Positions 12,304 through 23,900 of a DNA stretch of 64,000 nt are shown here, one piece after another. The position numbers and the translations under genes are program-made. The stretch comes from Gammaproteobacteria bacterium (lineage in GTDB: Bacteria; Pseudomonadota; Gammaproteobacteria; Eutrophobiales; Eutrophobiaceae). Below the pieces are notes generated by a model. It did not search any database and had not been told where the DNA came from. It saw nothing but the letters and a program-made list of their open reading frames with translations. The stretch spans positions 5,238 through 69,237 of the forward strand of contig JANQJZ010000048.1 of assembly GCA_028281365.1 (NCBI GenBank), in the 5' to 3' direction. The stretch's first letter is position 1, and each line of letters opens with the position of its first letter.

Positions 12304-13818
12304 TTAACGATTTTCAGTAAGATCTGTCAGTCCTTCATCTGCATTCTGTAATTGTTTGGCCGAATCATTTCGTAAAGATTCGATTTGTGCAAGATAATCT
12401 GCACTGACATCTCCGGTAACATATTCGCCTGTAAAACAGGATGTATCAAAGTTTTCGATCTCTTCGTTTCCTTTTCTGGCTGAATTGATTAAATCTTCTA
12501 TATCCTGATAGATTAACCAGTCGGCACCGATAATTTCTGCAACTTCTTCCACAGTACGATCATAGGCAATTAACTCTGTTGCCGACGGCATATCAATACC
12601 ATACACATTCGGATAACGAACCGGTGGTGCAGCAGAGGCAACATAGACTTTGTGTGCTCCAGCTTCCCGTGCCATTTGTACAATTTCTCTTGAAGTCGTG
12701 CCTCTGACAATAGAGTCATCGACCAATAACACATTTTTATCCTTGAACTCCAAATCAATAGCATTCAATTTTTGTCGCACTGATTTTTTCCGAATATTTT
12801 GTCCCGGCATAATAAATGTACGAGGTATATATCGATTCTTAACAAAGCCTTCACGATATTTAACACCAAGCTCATTGGCCAGAGGCAACGCTGCAGTTCG
12901 ACTGGAGTCCGGTATCGGGATTACAACATCAATATCATGCTCCGGATAAACCCTTAGTATCTTTTGCGCAAGTAGTTCGCCCATTCGTAAACGTGCTTTA
13001 TGTACGGAAATCCCGTCGATGATTGAATCTGGTCTTGCTAAATAAACATGCTCAAATATACAAGGACTATAGTTAGGCTTATCAACACAAAGTTGAGTAT
13101 GCAGTTCTCCATCAACAGAAATGAATACCGCTTCACCAGGCTCTATATCTCTAAGTAATTCAAAATCAAGTGCATCGATAGCGACACTCTCGGAAGCAAT
13201 GATAAATTCTGTACCTATATCGGTTTTACGCTCACCGAAAATAACAGGTCGTATACCATTAGGGTCACGAAAACCAAGTATCCCTACACCCGTTATCATG
13301 GCAACAGCTGCGTATCCACCTTTACATCGTTGATGTAATTTTTTTACTGCCTGAAAAATGTCACTACTTTCTAATTCATTTCTATGTTTACCGATCGCAT
13401 TTAATTCATGCGCCAGAATATTAAGTAATACTTCAGAATCAGAATTGGTGTTCAAATGTCGAAGATCATCACGCATCAAGTCTTCTTTCAGAACATCTGC
13501 ATTTGTCAGATTGCCATTATGAGCGAGAGTAATTCCATACGGGGAGTTAACATAAAATGGTTGTGCCTCTGCAGAAGAAGAACAACCTGCAGTCGGGTAA
13601 CGAATATGCCCAATACCCATATTACCTTTCAGGTTCAACATATGGCGGGTGTGGAATACATCCCTGACAAGGCCGTTATCTTTCCTTAAATACAGTTTGC
13701 TGCCATCACAAGTGACCATGCCTGCAGCATCCTGTCCGCGATGCTGTAATACTGTCAGGCCATCATAGATAGCCTGGTTTACAGGATTTTTAGCAACTAA
13801 TCCGATTATTCCACACAT
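12304..13818 (-). CDS. purF: amidophosphoribosyltransferase
   Basis: N-terminal [17 protein letters not shown] motif [13 protein letters not shown]. Confidence 0.98.
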   Translation of the reverse strand: MCGIIGLVAKNPVNQAIYDGLTVLQHRGQDAAGMVTCDGSKLYLRKDNGLVRDVFHTRHMLNLKGNMGIGHIRYPTAGCSSSAEAQPFYVNSPYGITLAHNGNLTNADVLKEDLMRDDLRHLNTNSDSEVLLNILAHELNAIGKHRNELESSDIFQAVKKLHQRCKGGYAAVAMITGVGILGFRDPNGIRPVIFGERKTDIGTEFIIASESVAIDALDFELLRDIEPGEAVFISVDGELHTQLCVDKPNYSPCIFEHVYLARPDSIIDGISVHKARLRMGELLAQKILRVYPEHDIDVVIPIPDSSRTAALPLANELGVKYREGFVKNRYIPRTFIMPGQNIRKKSVRQKLNAIDLEFKDKNVLLVDDSIVRGTTSREIVQMAREAGAHKVYVASAAPPVRYPNVYGIDMPSATELIAYDRTVEEVAEIIGADWLIYQDIEDLINSARKGNEEIENFDTSCFTGEYVTGDVSADYLAQIESLRNDSAKQLQNADEGLTDLTENR

Positions 13819-13833
13819 AAAACTGGCCTATGT

Positions 13834-14343
13834 TTAACTGTTCTCTTCAGGTGGTTCATATGAATGATACTCTATAAACGATTCCGGTAAAAAACGTGTA
13901 CTCCAGATACTAATTCGTTCAAACGGTTCAACCAGCTTTGACTCTTCCCACCAGGGCTCCTGGGGAAAAGCCGTAAAACCCGCCAAAAATATGATAACGG
14001 CAACAATCAACCCTCCAAGGCCCATACCAAAAAATAGACCTAATATTCGATCTGCTGCCGTTAGTCCTGTTCTACCCAGTAATTTAACAATGAAATAACT
14101 AATGCCACTCATTATTACCAAGCTTAAAATAAATAAGCCAATAAATGCCAGAATTATTCGCAAAATTGGCGTATCGACATGTCCCTCAAGAAGCGGGGCA
14201 AAATAAGGAACCAGCTTGATTGACAAGCCCAATGATATCGCCCAGGACAGCAGGGAAAATACGATATTTAAAAACCCGTAAAACACACCCACAATTGTCG
14301 GCAATGCGATCAAACATAGAATAACGATATCAGCAGTAGACAT
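13834..14343 (-). CDS. cvpA: CvpA family membrane protein
   Basis: Four hydrophobic segments, DRILGLFFG; conserved position between dedD and purF. Confidence 0.92.
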   Translation of the reverse strand: MSTADIVILCLIALPTIVGVFYGFLNIVFSLLSWAISLGLSIKLVPYFAPLLEGHVDTPILRIILAFIGLFILSLVIMSGISYFIVKLLGRTGLTAADRILGLFFGMGLGGLIVAVIIFLAGFTAFPQEPWWEESKLVEPFERISIWSTRFLPESFIEYHSYEPPEENS

Positions 14344-14373
14344 GGAACCTGGACCTATAAAGATATTCTGGGT

Positions 14374-14940
14374 TTATGGATAGCTCAATACCATTCCTTC
14401 CAAGTCCATTTTAGATTTAATATTTTTTAACAATTTATCTGCATCGGATCGCAATAATTCCGGCCCAACACGGACACGATATACTGTTTCTTTATCTTGT
14501 GTTATCGGCTCAACAAATGCTGGAAAACCGGATTTTTGCAACTTTAACTTAAGTTGATCGGCATTAACTTTACTCGTAAAACTACCCAATTGAACTACCC
14601 AGGCTGTCAGTCCAACCTGCTTGTCTGCTGTTTTATTTGTAGAGATTGACTCGGGTTGTTGTTGAGTTTGCTCACCTGTTTTAACATCCTCAACTTGAGT
14701 ATTTACTCCAGATTCGATATTGCTATCTGCTTCTACCCGGGTTTCAGAAATAACAGGATTTATTTGTTCTGTTATAGGAACTAATTTTGATTCAAATTTT
14801 TCCGTTGGTCTTTCCGGTATATTCGTCTTCGTTATTGAACCCGTATCAACCGGGCCGGTTAATATCATCGGAATAAAAATAACCGCAATGATAACCAATA
14901 CTGCAGCACCTACTAAACGTTCCTTTAACCGCTGATGCAT
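14374..14940 (-). CDS. dedD: SPOR-domain cell division protein (DedD-like)
   Basis: LKERLVGAAVLV N-terminal anchor; SPOR WVVQLGSF...YRVRVGP; TGATG overlap with folC (alternative start 14946). Confidence 0.85.
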   Translation of the reverse strand: MHQRLKERLVGAAVLVIIAVIFIPMILTGPVDTGSITKTNIPERPTEKFESKLVPITEQINPVISETRVEADSNIESGVNTQVEDVKTGEQTQQQPESISTNKTADKQVGLTAWVVQLGSFTSKVNADQLKLKLQKSGFPAFVEPITQDKETVYRVRVGPELLRSDADKLLKNIKSKMDLEGMVLSYP

Positions 14941-16265
14941 CAACATTCCTGCTTCAAATAACGAAGCGCTGCGCCTACTGTTAGAAATGATCCTGTAATA
15001 ATAATTCTGTCCCCGGGCATGGCACTTTTTTGAAGTTTATCCAATGCTTCGTTAACATTGATAAATGTTTGTATATTTTCATTTACTTTCAATTTATTAA
15101 GAATTGAAACCAATAAATCTGCTTCTGTTCCCCGCTCTTCCTGATTCAAACTGACAATATTCCAGCTATCTGCAACTTTGTTTAATATTTTGAGTACTTC
15201 CTGGTGATCTTTGTCTTTCAACATTCCTATCAATATATGTGTTTTACCAACACAGGGTATTTTACTTAAGTTATTGACCAGTGCTCTGACAGATTGACGA
15301 TTATGCGCAACATCAAGAATCTTTTGTATTTCGCCAGGAATAATTTGCATACGTCCATTTAATCGAAAGTTATTAAATCCCTGTTTAATATTTTCCTCAG
15401 AAACAGGGTAATCATGTTTAATCTTTTCCAGGATCATCATGACACCTGCAGCATTCTGTAACTGAAAATCACTGTATTGCATGGGCCTGGGCAGATCATT
15501 AAATTCTGTCGTACTGGATTGCCATGACCATAGATCACGATGAATAGTAAAATTGTAATCACGACCCGCTAAAAATAATGGCGTACCTAATGCATTCGCA
15601 CAATCCAGTAAACTCTGCGGTGGCTTGGGATCTGAACAGATTGCCGGTGCCATGTTCCTGAAGATACCGGCTTTTTCCCTGCCGATGCTTTCCCGGTTGT
15701 TACCTAACCATTGTTGATGATCCAAATCTATACTACTAATAAGTGCAACGTCAGCATCCAGCACATTAACAGCATCCAGCCTGCCGCCTAATCCAACTTC
15801 AAGGATTGCCAGGTCAACCTTGTGTTGTCGAAACAAATCCAGTGCTGCAAGTGTGCCAAATTCAAAATAAGTTAACGATATATCTCCACGCGCTCTATCA
15901 ATACGGTCGAAAGATTCACAAAGTTCCGTATCGGTAACTTCCTCACCACTAATGCAAATACGTTCGTTATAACGTAAAAGGTGCGGAGAAACATAGCGAC
16001 CGGTTTTGTATCCTGCACTGCAAAGAATTTGATCAAGCATAATAACACTTGATCCTTTACCGTTAGTTCCAGCAACACTGATGACAGTATAGCCAGGTTT
16101 AAGTAAACCCATATTATCTGCAACACGGCGGCAACGCTCGAGACCAAGTTCAATAGCAGTGAAATGTAAACTTTCCTGCCAACGTAACCATTTATTTAAA
16201 TTATTAAAACGTAATTGACCTGGCTTCAATACCGGTTCTTTGATCGATTTTATCTTTTCGGACAT
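14940..16265 (-). CDS. folC: dihydrofolate synthase / folylpolyglutamate synthase
   Basis: VAGTNGKGS, LEVGLGGRLDA, LDVAHN, TGSF motifs. Confidence 0.97.
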   Translation of the reverse strand: MSEKIKSIKEPVLKPGQLRFNNLNKWLRWQESLHFTAIELGLERCRRVADNMGLLKPGYTVISVAGTNGKGSSVIMLDQILCSAGYKTGRYVSPHLLRYNERICISGEEVTDTELCESFDRIDRARGDISLTYFEFGTLAALDLFRQHKVDLAILEVGLGGRLDAVNVLDADVALISSIDLDHQQWLGNNRESIGREKAGIFRNMAPAICSDPKPPQSLLDCANALGTPLFLAGRDYNFTIHRDLWSWQSSTTEFNDLPRPMQYSDFQLQNAAGVMMILEKIKHDYPVSEENIKQGFNNFRLNGRMQIIPGEIQKILDVAHNRQSVRALVNNLSKIPCVGKTHILIGMLKDKDHQEVLKILNKVADSWNIVSLNQEERGTEADLLVSILNKLKVNENIQTFINVNEALDKLQKSAMPGDRIIITGSFLTVGAALRYLKQEC

Positions 16266-16285
16266 TGTTCGATATTGAATTATCG

Positions 16286-17149
16286 TTATGCGATCAGGGT
16301 TTGATGAGTTAACAATGAAATTATATTGGCGATCCGATCGCGTAATTCCCTGCGATCAATAATTATATCTATATCTCCATGTTCTAATAAAAACTCACTT
16401 CGTTGGAAACCTTCCGGCAGAGTCTCTCTTACTGTCTGTTCTATAACACGAGGTCCGGCAAATCCGATTAAAGCATTGGGTTCTGCAATATTAATATCAC
16501 CCAGGCTGGCCAAACTGGCAGAAACACCACCCATAGTCGGATTAGTTAGTACAGAAATATAAGGCAAATTATTTTTACGAATTGATGAAATTGCTGCTGT
16601 CGTTTTTGCCATCTGCATCAATGAAAATAATGCTTCCTGCATTCTCGCTCCACCACTGGTAGAAAAACATATAAATGGAGTTTTTTGTTGAATAGCAGAT
16701 TCAGCAGCAAGTACAAATCGTTCACCGACAACAGAACCCATTGAACCGCCCATAAAATCAAACTCGAAAGCACAACATACCACAGGCATTCCTTTTAGCG
16801 TGCCACTTATGGCGACTAACGCATCATTTTCACCGGTTTGCTTTTGAGACTGATTTAACCTGTCTTTATAACGTTTGCTATCTTTAAACTTCAGGATATC
16901 AATTGGTTTTATGCTAGTACCAATCTCCTCCCTGTCGCCTTCATCGAGAAACCTTTCGAGTCGAATACGCGCAGTGATTCGCATATGATGATTACATTTT
17001 GGACAAACTTCCAGATTTCTATCCAGTTCAGCGCGATACAAAACTGCATTACATGCTTCACATTTTGTCCACACCCCCTCTGGTACTGTGCGACGATTAT
17101 TTCCATTAGTCTTGTTTCTGGAAGGAAGTATTTTTTTAAACCAACTCAT
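16286..17149 (-). CDS. accD: acetyl-CoA carboxylase carboxyltransferase beta subunit
   Basis: CxxC...CPKC zinc finger, [19 protein letters not shown]. Confidence 0.98.
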   Translation of the reverse strand: MSWFKKILPSRNKTNGNNRRTVPEGVWTKCEACNAVLYRAELDRNLEVCPKCNHHMRITARIRLERFLDEGDREEIGTSIKPIDILKFKDSKRYKDRLNQSQKQTGENDALVAISGTLKGMPVVCCAFEFDFMGGSMGSVVGERFVLAAESAIQQKTPFICFSTSGGARMQEALFSLMQMAKTTAAISSIRKNNLPYISVLTNPTMGGVSASLASLGDINIAEPNALIGFAGPRVIEQTVRETLPEGFQRSEFLLEHGDIDIIIDRRELRDRIANIISLLTHQTLIA

Positions 17150-17161
17150 ATATTCGGGCCT

Positions 17162-17971
17162 TTAATCAATATTATCCAATGCTTCACGCAGTGAGCGTAT
17201 AAACGCTGATACTTCCAGTTTCATTTTTTCCTTTTCATCTGCATGTTCTGCAATACGTTCAACCAATGCACTGCCAATCACAACAGCATCGCTTATTTTA
17301 CCAACTGCCCCGGCTATTTGTGGATCTTTAATACCGAAACCTACCCCTAATGGCAATGATGTTTTGCTACGAATTTGGTTCAGTTTTTCCGCAACCACAT
17401 CCACATCGAGCCTGTCACTTCCGGTTACACCCTTTAATGAAACATAATAAAGAAACCCTGACGCAACTTCACAGATGCGATCAAGACGCCCATCATTCGT
17501 GGTCGGTGATAACAAATATATTTGATCCAGGCTTTTTGGTTTGAAAGCTTTATTTAAGTCTCCTGATTCTTCTGGTGGCAGATCGACGACTAAAACACCA
17601 TCTACACCAGACTTATTGGCCTTATCAGCAAAATTCTCATACCCCATAATTTCGATAGGATTCAAATAACCCATCAAAATTACGGGCGTTGTATCGTCCT
17701 GTTGTCTAAATTCAGCCACCATCTTAAAAATGTCATCCGTATGTGTACCATTAGCTAATGCCCTTTCACTGGCGCGTTGTATAACAGGACCATCCGCCAT
17801 TGGGTCTGAAAATGGGATGCCTAATTCAATAATATTTGCGCCTGCGCTAACCAAATCATGCATTAATCCAACCGTTAAACCAGGATCCGGATCACCAGCT
17901 GTGATAAATGGGATAAGTGCTTTTTTATTATTATCTTGTAACGCACTAAAACAGGCTTGAATTCTACTCAT
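17162..17971 (-). CDS. trpA: tryptophan synthase alpha subunit
   Basis: IELGIPFSDPMADGPVIQ, GVTG, VGFGI. Confidence 0.98.
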   Translation of the reverse strand: MSRIQACFSALQDNNKKALIPFITAGDPDPGLTVGLMHDLVSAGANIIELGIPFSDPMADGPVIQRASERALANGTHTDDIFKMVAEFRQQDDTTPVILMGYLNPIEIMGYENFADKANKSGVDGVLVVDLPPEESGDLNKAFKPKSLDQIYLLSPTTNDGRLDRICEVASGFLYYVSLKGVTGSDRLDVDVVAEKLNQIRSKTSLPLGVGFGIKDPQIAGAVGKISDAVVIGSALVERIAEHADEKEKMKLEVSAFIRSLREALDNID

Positions 17972-18036
17972 ATTAAATACTGATTAATTAATGACAGGAA
18001 AAAATAAATTTTGAAAAAGTGTTATTTAAAAAAAGC

Positions 18037-18228
18037 TTATTCTTTTAAGCCTAATTTTAGTTCTAATAATTCTATTGCCATATCCGGCACTTCTTTATGA
18101 TTTTTAGATTCATTCGACAATAACCAATAATCCACTTCATCCCGCTTGACCTTGACCAATTCTGCTATCGTCATTCGATCGAGTTCTTTATCAGTCATTA
18201 TTTCCATCAAACGTTCACGGTTATTCAT
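18037..18228 (-). CDS. small hypothetical protein, possible helix-turn-helix
   Basis: 63 aa; AAGGAA RBS; IAELVKVKRDEVDYWL resembles an HTH; lies between trpB and trpA. Confidence 0.7.
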   Translation of the reverse strand: MNNRERLMEIMTDKELDRMTIAELVKVKRDEVDYWLLSNESKNHKEVPDMAIELLELKLGLKE

Positions 18229-18245
18229 GTTAATTTTCCTTACTG

Positions 18246-19484
18246 TTAAAGCGTTATACCTTCGTGAGCAGCCACCGTGTGGATATCTTTATCACCCCGG
18301 CCGGACAAGTTGGCAATAATTATCGCATCTTTATCCATTTCAGGTGCAATTTTTGCCGTGTATGCCAGGGCATGACTGGATTCCAGTGCAGGAATAATAC
18401 CTTCAATCAAAGTCAGATCATGGAAGGCCTGCAAGGCTTCTTTATCGGTAACAGAGACGTAACTGGCACGACCGCTATCTTTTAACCATGCATGTTCCGG
18501 CCCAACCCCGGGATAATCCAATCCAGCCGAAATTGAATGCGTTTCAATAATCTGGCCGTACTTATCTTCCATAAGGTAAGTCCTGTTGCCATGCAATACA
18601 CCAGGTTTGCCAGCATTTAATGGTGCCGCATGATGACCTGTTTCAATACCCTCTCCTGCGGCTTCAACACCGAAGATTGAAACCTGCTTATCATCAAGAA
18701 ATGGATGGAATAATCCAATGGCATTTGATCCGCCGCCTACACATGCCACCAGGGTATCCGGTAATCTTCCAGCTTGTTCCAGACACTGTTGTCGCGCTTC
18801 TCTTCCTACCACAGCGTTGAAATCTCTGACCATCGCCGGATAAGGATGCGGTCCGGCAACGGTACCGATAATATAAAATGTATCATCGACATTAGTTACC
18901 CAGTCACGCATTGCTTCATTTAATGCATCTTTCAGGGTTTTTGAACCCGCTTCAACTGAGACAACCTTCGCACCAAGCAATTTCATACGAAAAACATTGA
19001 TCGCCTGCCGCTGTATATCTTCAGCACCCATATAAACAACACACTCCATCCCATAGCGGGCGGCTACAGTTGCCGATGCAACGCCATGTTGACCAGCTCC
19101 TGTTTCAGCAATGATTCGCTTTTTACCCATTCGTCGGGCTAATAAAGCCTGTCCCACAGTGTTGTTAATTTTATGTGCGCCGGTATGGTTTAAGTCCTCC
19201 CGTTTAAGATAGATTTGAGCGCCACCCAATTGCGCACTCCAGCGTTTGGCATGATAAAGTGGTGATGGTCGGCCAACATAATGTTTTAATTCGTTTTCAA
19301 ACTCTGAAAGAAATTCCGGATTCTTTAAATATTGATTGTAGGCTTGCTCTAATTCATCCAGAGGTCCCATTAATGTTTCAGCGACAAACCTTCCACCATA
19401 GGGACCAAAATGCCCTCGATCATCCGGCATTTCTTTTAATGGCTCGTCTGTTGTAGAGTTAATTTTATTCGTTACTTCCGACAT
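18246..19484 (-). CDS. trpB: tryptophan synthase beta subunit
   Basis: [15 protein letters not shown] (PLP lysine), [27 protein letters not shown]. Confidence 0.98.
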   Translation of the reverse strand: MSEVTNKINSTTDEPLKEMPDDRGHFGPYGGRFVAETLMGPLDELEQAYNQYLKNPEFLSEFENELKHYVGRPSPLYHAKRWSAQLGGAQIYLKREDLNHTGAHKINNTVGQALLARRMGKKRIIAETGAGQHGVASATVAARYGMECVVYMGAEDIQRQAINVFRMKLLGAKVVSVEAGSKTLKDALNEAMRDWVTNVDDTFYIIGTVAGPHPYPAMVRDFNAVVGREARQQCLEQAGRLPDTLVACVGGGSNAIGLFHPFLDDKQVSIFGVEAAGEGIETGHHAAPLNAGKPGVLHGNRTYLMEDKYGQIIETHSISAGLDYPGVGPEHAWLKDSGRASYVSVTDKEALQAFHDLTLIEGIIPALESSHALAYTAKIAPEMDKDAIIIANLSGRGDKDIHTVAAHEGITL

Positions 19485-20107
19485 TCATTCACTTCTTTAA
19501 TAAAGTTAATTATCTTGTTTGGGTCCTTCTTGCCTTTTTCTATTTCAACACCACCACTCACATCAACTGCATAAGGTTTAACCTTTGCTATGGCTTGTTT
19601 TACATTATTTATATTAAGTCCTCCAGCAAGAATAATCGGTTTAGTTAAATCTTTCGGTATCCTGTCCCAATCAAACGAAATACCGGTACCCCCGGGCGTA
19701 TCTTTTACAAAAGTATCCAATAATAACGCCCTGGCCGACGCATAAGTCTTAATTTCTGAACCCAAATCAACATCACTACTCATTCTTATAGCCTTAATAT
19801 ACGGCCTGCCATATAAAGTACAAGCTTGTTCCATTTCCTGTCCATGGAATTGTAATGTATCTATTGGAACCTGTTTTAGTATTTCTCTAATATAATTTTC
19901 ATCCGCATCAACAAATAAACCTGTACAATTTATAAATGGTGGCACGCTATTTACTATGCGACTAGCTGTATCTATAGAAACATAACGTGGGCTTTTTTCA
20001 TAAAAAACCAGGCCTATTGCATCTGCTCCAGCTTCAACTGCAACCATCGCATCTTCAAGACTGGTAATACCGCAAATCTTTACCCTGGTGCGACTAATAT
20101 TATTCAT
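19472..20107 (-). CDS. trpF: phosphoribosylanthranilate isomerase
   Basis: VKICGIT, QFHG, GGTG, LAGGL, DVSGGVE. Confidence 0.97.
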   Translation of the reverse strand: MNNISRTRVKICGITSLEDAMVAVEAGADAIGLVFYEKSPRYVSIDTASRIVNSVPPFINCTGLFVDADENYIREILKQVPIDTLQFHGQEMEQACTLYGRPYIKAIRMSSDVDLGSEIKTYASARALLLDTFVKDTPGGTGISFDWDRIPKDLTKPIILAGGLNINNVKQAIAKVKPYAVDVSGGVEIEKGKKDPNKIINFIKEVNECRK

Positions 20108-20898
20108 TGAATCGCTTCCATTTGTTCAAGCAACGTTTTCACTTTTGGTATGTTGAATCGCGCCGGATATTTAACATCAACCAGATACAAACCGTCTGGT
20201 TCTGCCGTGACTCCACCTGCTGTTCGATCTTTCGCATCCAATACTTCTTTTGCCCAGGAAATATTTTCTCCGCCATATCCAATAGTCATTAATACACCAG
20301 CAATATTTCTTACCATATGATGTAAAAAGGCATTCGCACATATTGTAATTACAAACGTATCACTCATTTTATTTATTGTCAGATTATACACGGTACGGAT
20401 CGGGGATTTTGCCTGGCATGCTACTGCCCTATACGAAGTAAAATCATGTTCACCAACGAAACAACTGGCAGCTGTTTTCATTTTTTCCAGATCGAGTGAA
20501 CGACATTCCCAACTTGCTAATCCATTTAAAATGGCCGGTCGAGATCGGCGGTTAATAATAAGGTATTGATACGTTCTTTGTTCAGCACAAAACCGTGCAT
20601 GAAAATCTTCTTCAACTTCCTTTGCCCAGGTTACGGCTATATTACCAGGGAGCTTGGTATTGGTACCTAATACCCAGCCGTGATCCTCTCTTTTTGCTGA
20701 TGTTTCAAAATGCACAACTTGTTGAATTGCATGCACACCGGTATCAGTACGTCCAGCACATACTACCGTGATTTCTTCATCAGCAATTTCGGACAAGGCC
20801 TGCTCTAGTGTTGCCTGAACAGTTATTGCATGATCCTGTTTCTGCCAACCGGAATAATCTTGTCCATTGTATTCAATTCCCAGTGCAATCTTCATCAT
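20104..20898 (-). CDS. truA: tRNA pseudouridine(38-40) synthase
   Basis: CAGRTDTGVHA, FHARF, AFLHHMVRNI. Confidence 0.97.
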   Translation of the reverse strand: MMKIALGIEYNGQDYSGWQKQDHAITVQATLEQALSEIADEEITVVCAGRTDTGVHAIQQVVHFETSAKREDHGWVLGTNTKLPGNIAVTWAKEVEEDFHARFCAEQRTYQYLIINRRSRPAILNGLASWECRSLDLEKMKTAASCFVGEHDFTSYRAVACQAKSPIRTVYNLTINKMSDTFVITICANAFLHHMVRNIAGVLMTIGYGGENISWAKEVLDAKDRTAGGVTAEPDGLYLVDVKYPARFNIPKVKTLLEQMEAIQ

Positions 20899-20976
20899 GA
20901 CCGGTGATTGGATCGATATTGAAAGTTACGGAATGTTAAAAAAAGGCGAAATTAAAAACGAACTCAAAAACTAAAA

Positions 20977-23900
20977 TCACACCTGTGCCAATAATTCTTC
21001 AGCTTGTTTCTTTTGTTCATCATTCCCTTCAACCATTACTTCGTCGAGTATTGTCTTTGCACTCTCTTTATCGCCAAGCTCGACATAAGCCTTGGCTAAA
21101 TCAAGCTTGGTTGCAACTTCATCTTCGACGCTTTGTTCTTCAGGTTGAGCTGCCCTGGGAACAAATACAGTATGGTCTTCATCATCATCATCGTCTTCAT
21201 CTTCAGATGGAAGTGCCATCTTTGGCATTTCTACAGTACCTTCAAGATCGATATCAGCTGCTGGCTGTTCATCAGTTGCCGGTTCTTCACTGTCAGCATC
21301 CATATTCAGATCGAAATCCAATTCAGCGCCATCCGTTGGTTCCTCTGACTCACCGGCTATATCAGGACTGACTTCAGGTTTGGAATCGGAATCCGTATCT
21401 AAAGATATTCCATCATCCGCTTCTGACATATCCAGTTCAATTCCACCTTCACTGGTTTCACCCATATCCAGGTCGAGTGAAATTTCACTATCCTCTTTGG
21501 CCACACTATCTGCACCTGCATCCATATCCAGCGAAATTTCGTCGCCACCTTCTGCAGTAACATCATCAGTTGCTTCACCCATATCAAAATCGAGAGATAT
21601 TTCTCCATCGCCGGCACTATCGTCTCCGCTATCAGGTTGAACAGGTTCTTCATCACCTGTATCAAGCTCGATTTCACCGGCACCGGATTCATCTGTTACA
21701 ACTTCCGACTCTGCTTCTGTATCAGTAGCGCTAGCTAAATCAAAATCAAGTACATTATCATCATCAGCGGGTTCTGCCGCTGCTTCACTTTCGGGTTCAG
21801 TACCAACATCTAATAGTTCGTCACTATCAGCTCCCGCACTGGTGGCAGCAGTAACATCAAGTAAATCTTCTTCTGTATCCAGTTCAAGATCTGCAGCAGT
21901 AGTTACATCAAGCAGATCTTCACTATCAGCACTACCAGCTGACAGATCAAGCATGTCATCATCGGTACTTGCTTCGGTAGATTCAGCTGGCTCATCGGTC
22001 CCGGTAGCTGCAGTCACATCAAGTAGATCTTCTGCGCCAGTCCCTGCACCAGTACCTGAAATATCAAGCATATCTTCGTCCGCACCTGGTTCAGGCAAGG
22101 CTTCAGAGTCTGCTTCAATTCCTACCGCTGCAGTAACATCAAGGATATCTTCACCTTCTTCAGAAGCCGTTAAATCAAGGGCACCATCATTGCTATCTGT
22201 TGCCGGTGTTTCGGCAGCTTCGGCACCTGTACCAATATCAAAATCCAGTCCTCCTTCATCACCACCGCCGGACTCTTCATCAGCAGTTACATCAACAAAT
22301 CCGCCGCCTGTTGTCTCTGCAGCGCCATCATCTTCATCATCGGCACCTTCTTCAAACAATGCACGATTTGGAGACATCTCCTGCCACATTGCAACTGCCA
22401 TACCCCAGTTTTCATCTGCCTCACCAAATTTATCATGCAAGACCTTTGCGATCTCCTCATACCCCTTCTTGTTACCTGATGTATAAAAGACTTCAAGCAA
22501 CTTGGTATAGTATTCCGGATTCTCCGGATCATCATTGATGGCATTACGTACCATCTCTTCTGCTTGATCGAATTGTTCAAAAGCGAGATAGGTATTAACC
22601 TCTTGTAATGGATCTTCTTCAGCTTCTTCTTCATCAGGGGCCGCAGCTTCAGGAGCAATAAATTGTGTTTTTTCTTCTTCTTCCTGCTCATCATCAGTAT
22701 CAAGATCAAACTCAGGTGCTTCTTCTTCAGGCATTGCCGTTTCTGCTTCAGATTCTGATTCTGGCAGAGCAGTAACCGCTTCTGAATCAGGAGCTTCCCC
22801 GCCTGTATCACCCAGATCACCAGAATCGAAATCCGGAAATGCTTCAGCAGTCGGTGCATCAATATGCATTACTTCGGCGGGCTCTTTTTTAAACTTCAGT
22901 ATTACAATCACAATTAGTAATAACAGGATAACGCCACCAACCGCCATACCGATGATTGGATTACCAAGCAGCATTTCTTTAACCGGGCCAAGGTACTGAT
23001 TAACCATACCCATAATGCCTGCATCTGCAGGAGCAGGTTCATCGATTACCTCAATGACCTCTTCAGGTTCTTCTTCTATAAGCTCTTCTTCTTCCGCAAC
23101 GGGTTCTTCTTCAACGAGCTCTTCAGGCTCCTCTTCTATAACCTCTTCTTCTTCCGCAACCGGTTCTTCTTCTATAAGCTCTTCTTCTTCCGCAACCGGT
23201 TCTTCTTCAACAAGCTCTTCAGGCTCCTCTTCTATAACCTCTTCTTCTATAACCTCTTCTTCTTCCGCAACCGGTTCTTCTTCTATAACTTCTTCTGCTT
23301 CTGCGGCGGCATCACTTCTTGCCATTTGTTCCTGAAGAGCGGCAAGTTCATCATCCTTAAGTTCAAGTAAACGTTTTAAATCAGAAAGCAATGTTTCTGA
23401 TTCCTGTAATCGATCTTTTAGTTCAATGTTTTCCTGGGTAAGTGCTTGTATCGTTTCATTCGCCAGGATCAAATCATTACCTGTACCTGAGTCCACACTA
23501 ACTGCTTGTTCAGTAGTCTCGTCTGATTCATTGGCTGCAACGAGTTTTAATTCAGGATCAGATTCAACAACCTCTTCTGCCTGACCTGTAACTTCTTCTT
23601 CATCTTCCGCCTCAACGGGCTCGGGAACTGAACTGACCTCAGGCCGCTCACTGACTGCTGTAGATAAATTGTCCTTAATACTTCCCCACGCAGTATATTG
23701 TGATTGGACCTCTGCCAAAGCCTGGGCATTAGTCAGTGTCGTAAGCTCACTTTCATCTGGCATACGTAAGATCTGACCGCGCTTAAGCCCGTTTATATTC
23801 TGACCATTGAATGCCTCCGGGTTAGCCCTTAATAAGGCCAGCATCATTTGGTTAACACTAACCGAACTATCAGGACGCGTTGCTGAGGCAACAGACCAAA

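Noticed and set aside
21380-23335. Long Ser-rich + strand ORFs (21380-21640, 21842-22486, 23015-23335)
   Set aside because: Antisense shadows of the Glu/Asp-rich FimV codons; no RBS or independent coding signal.
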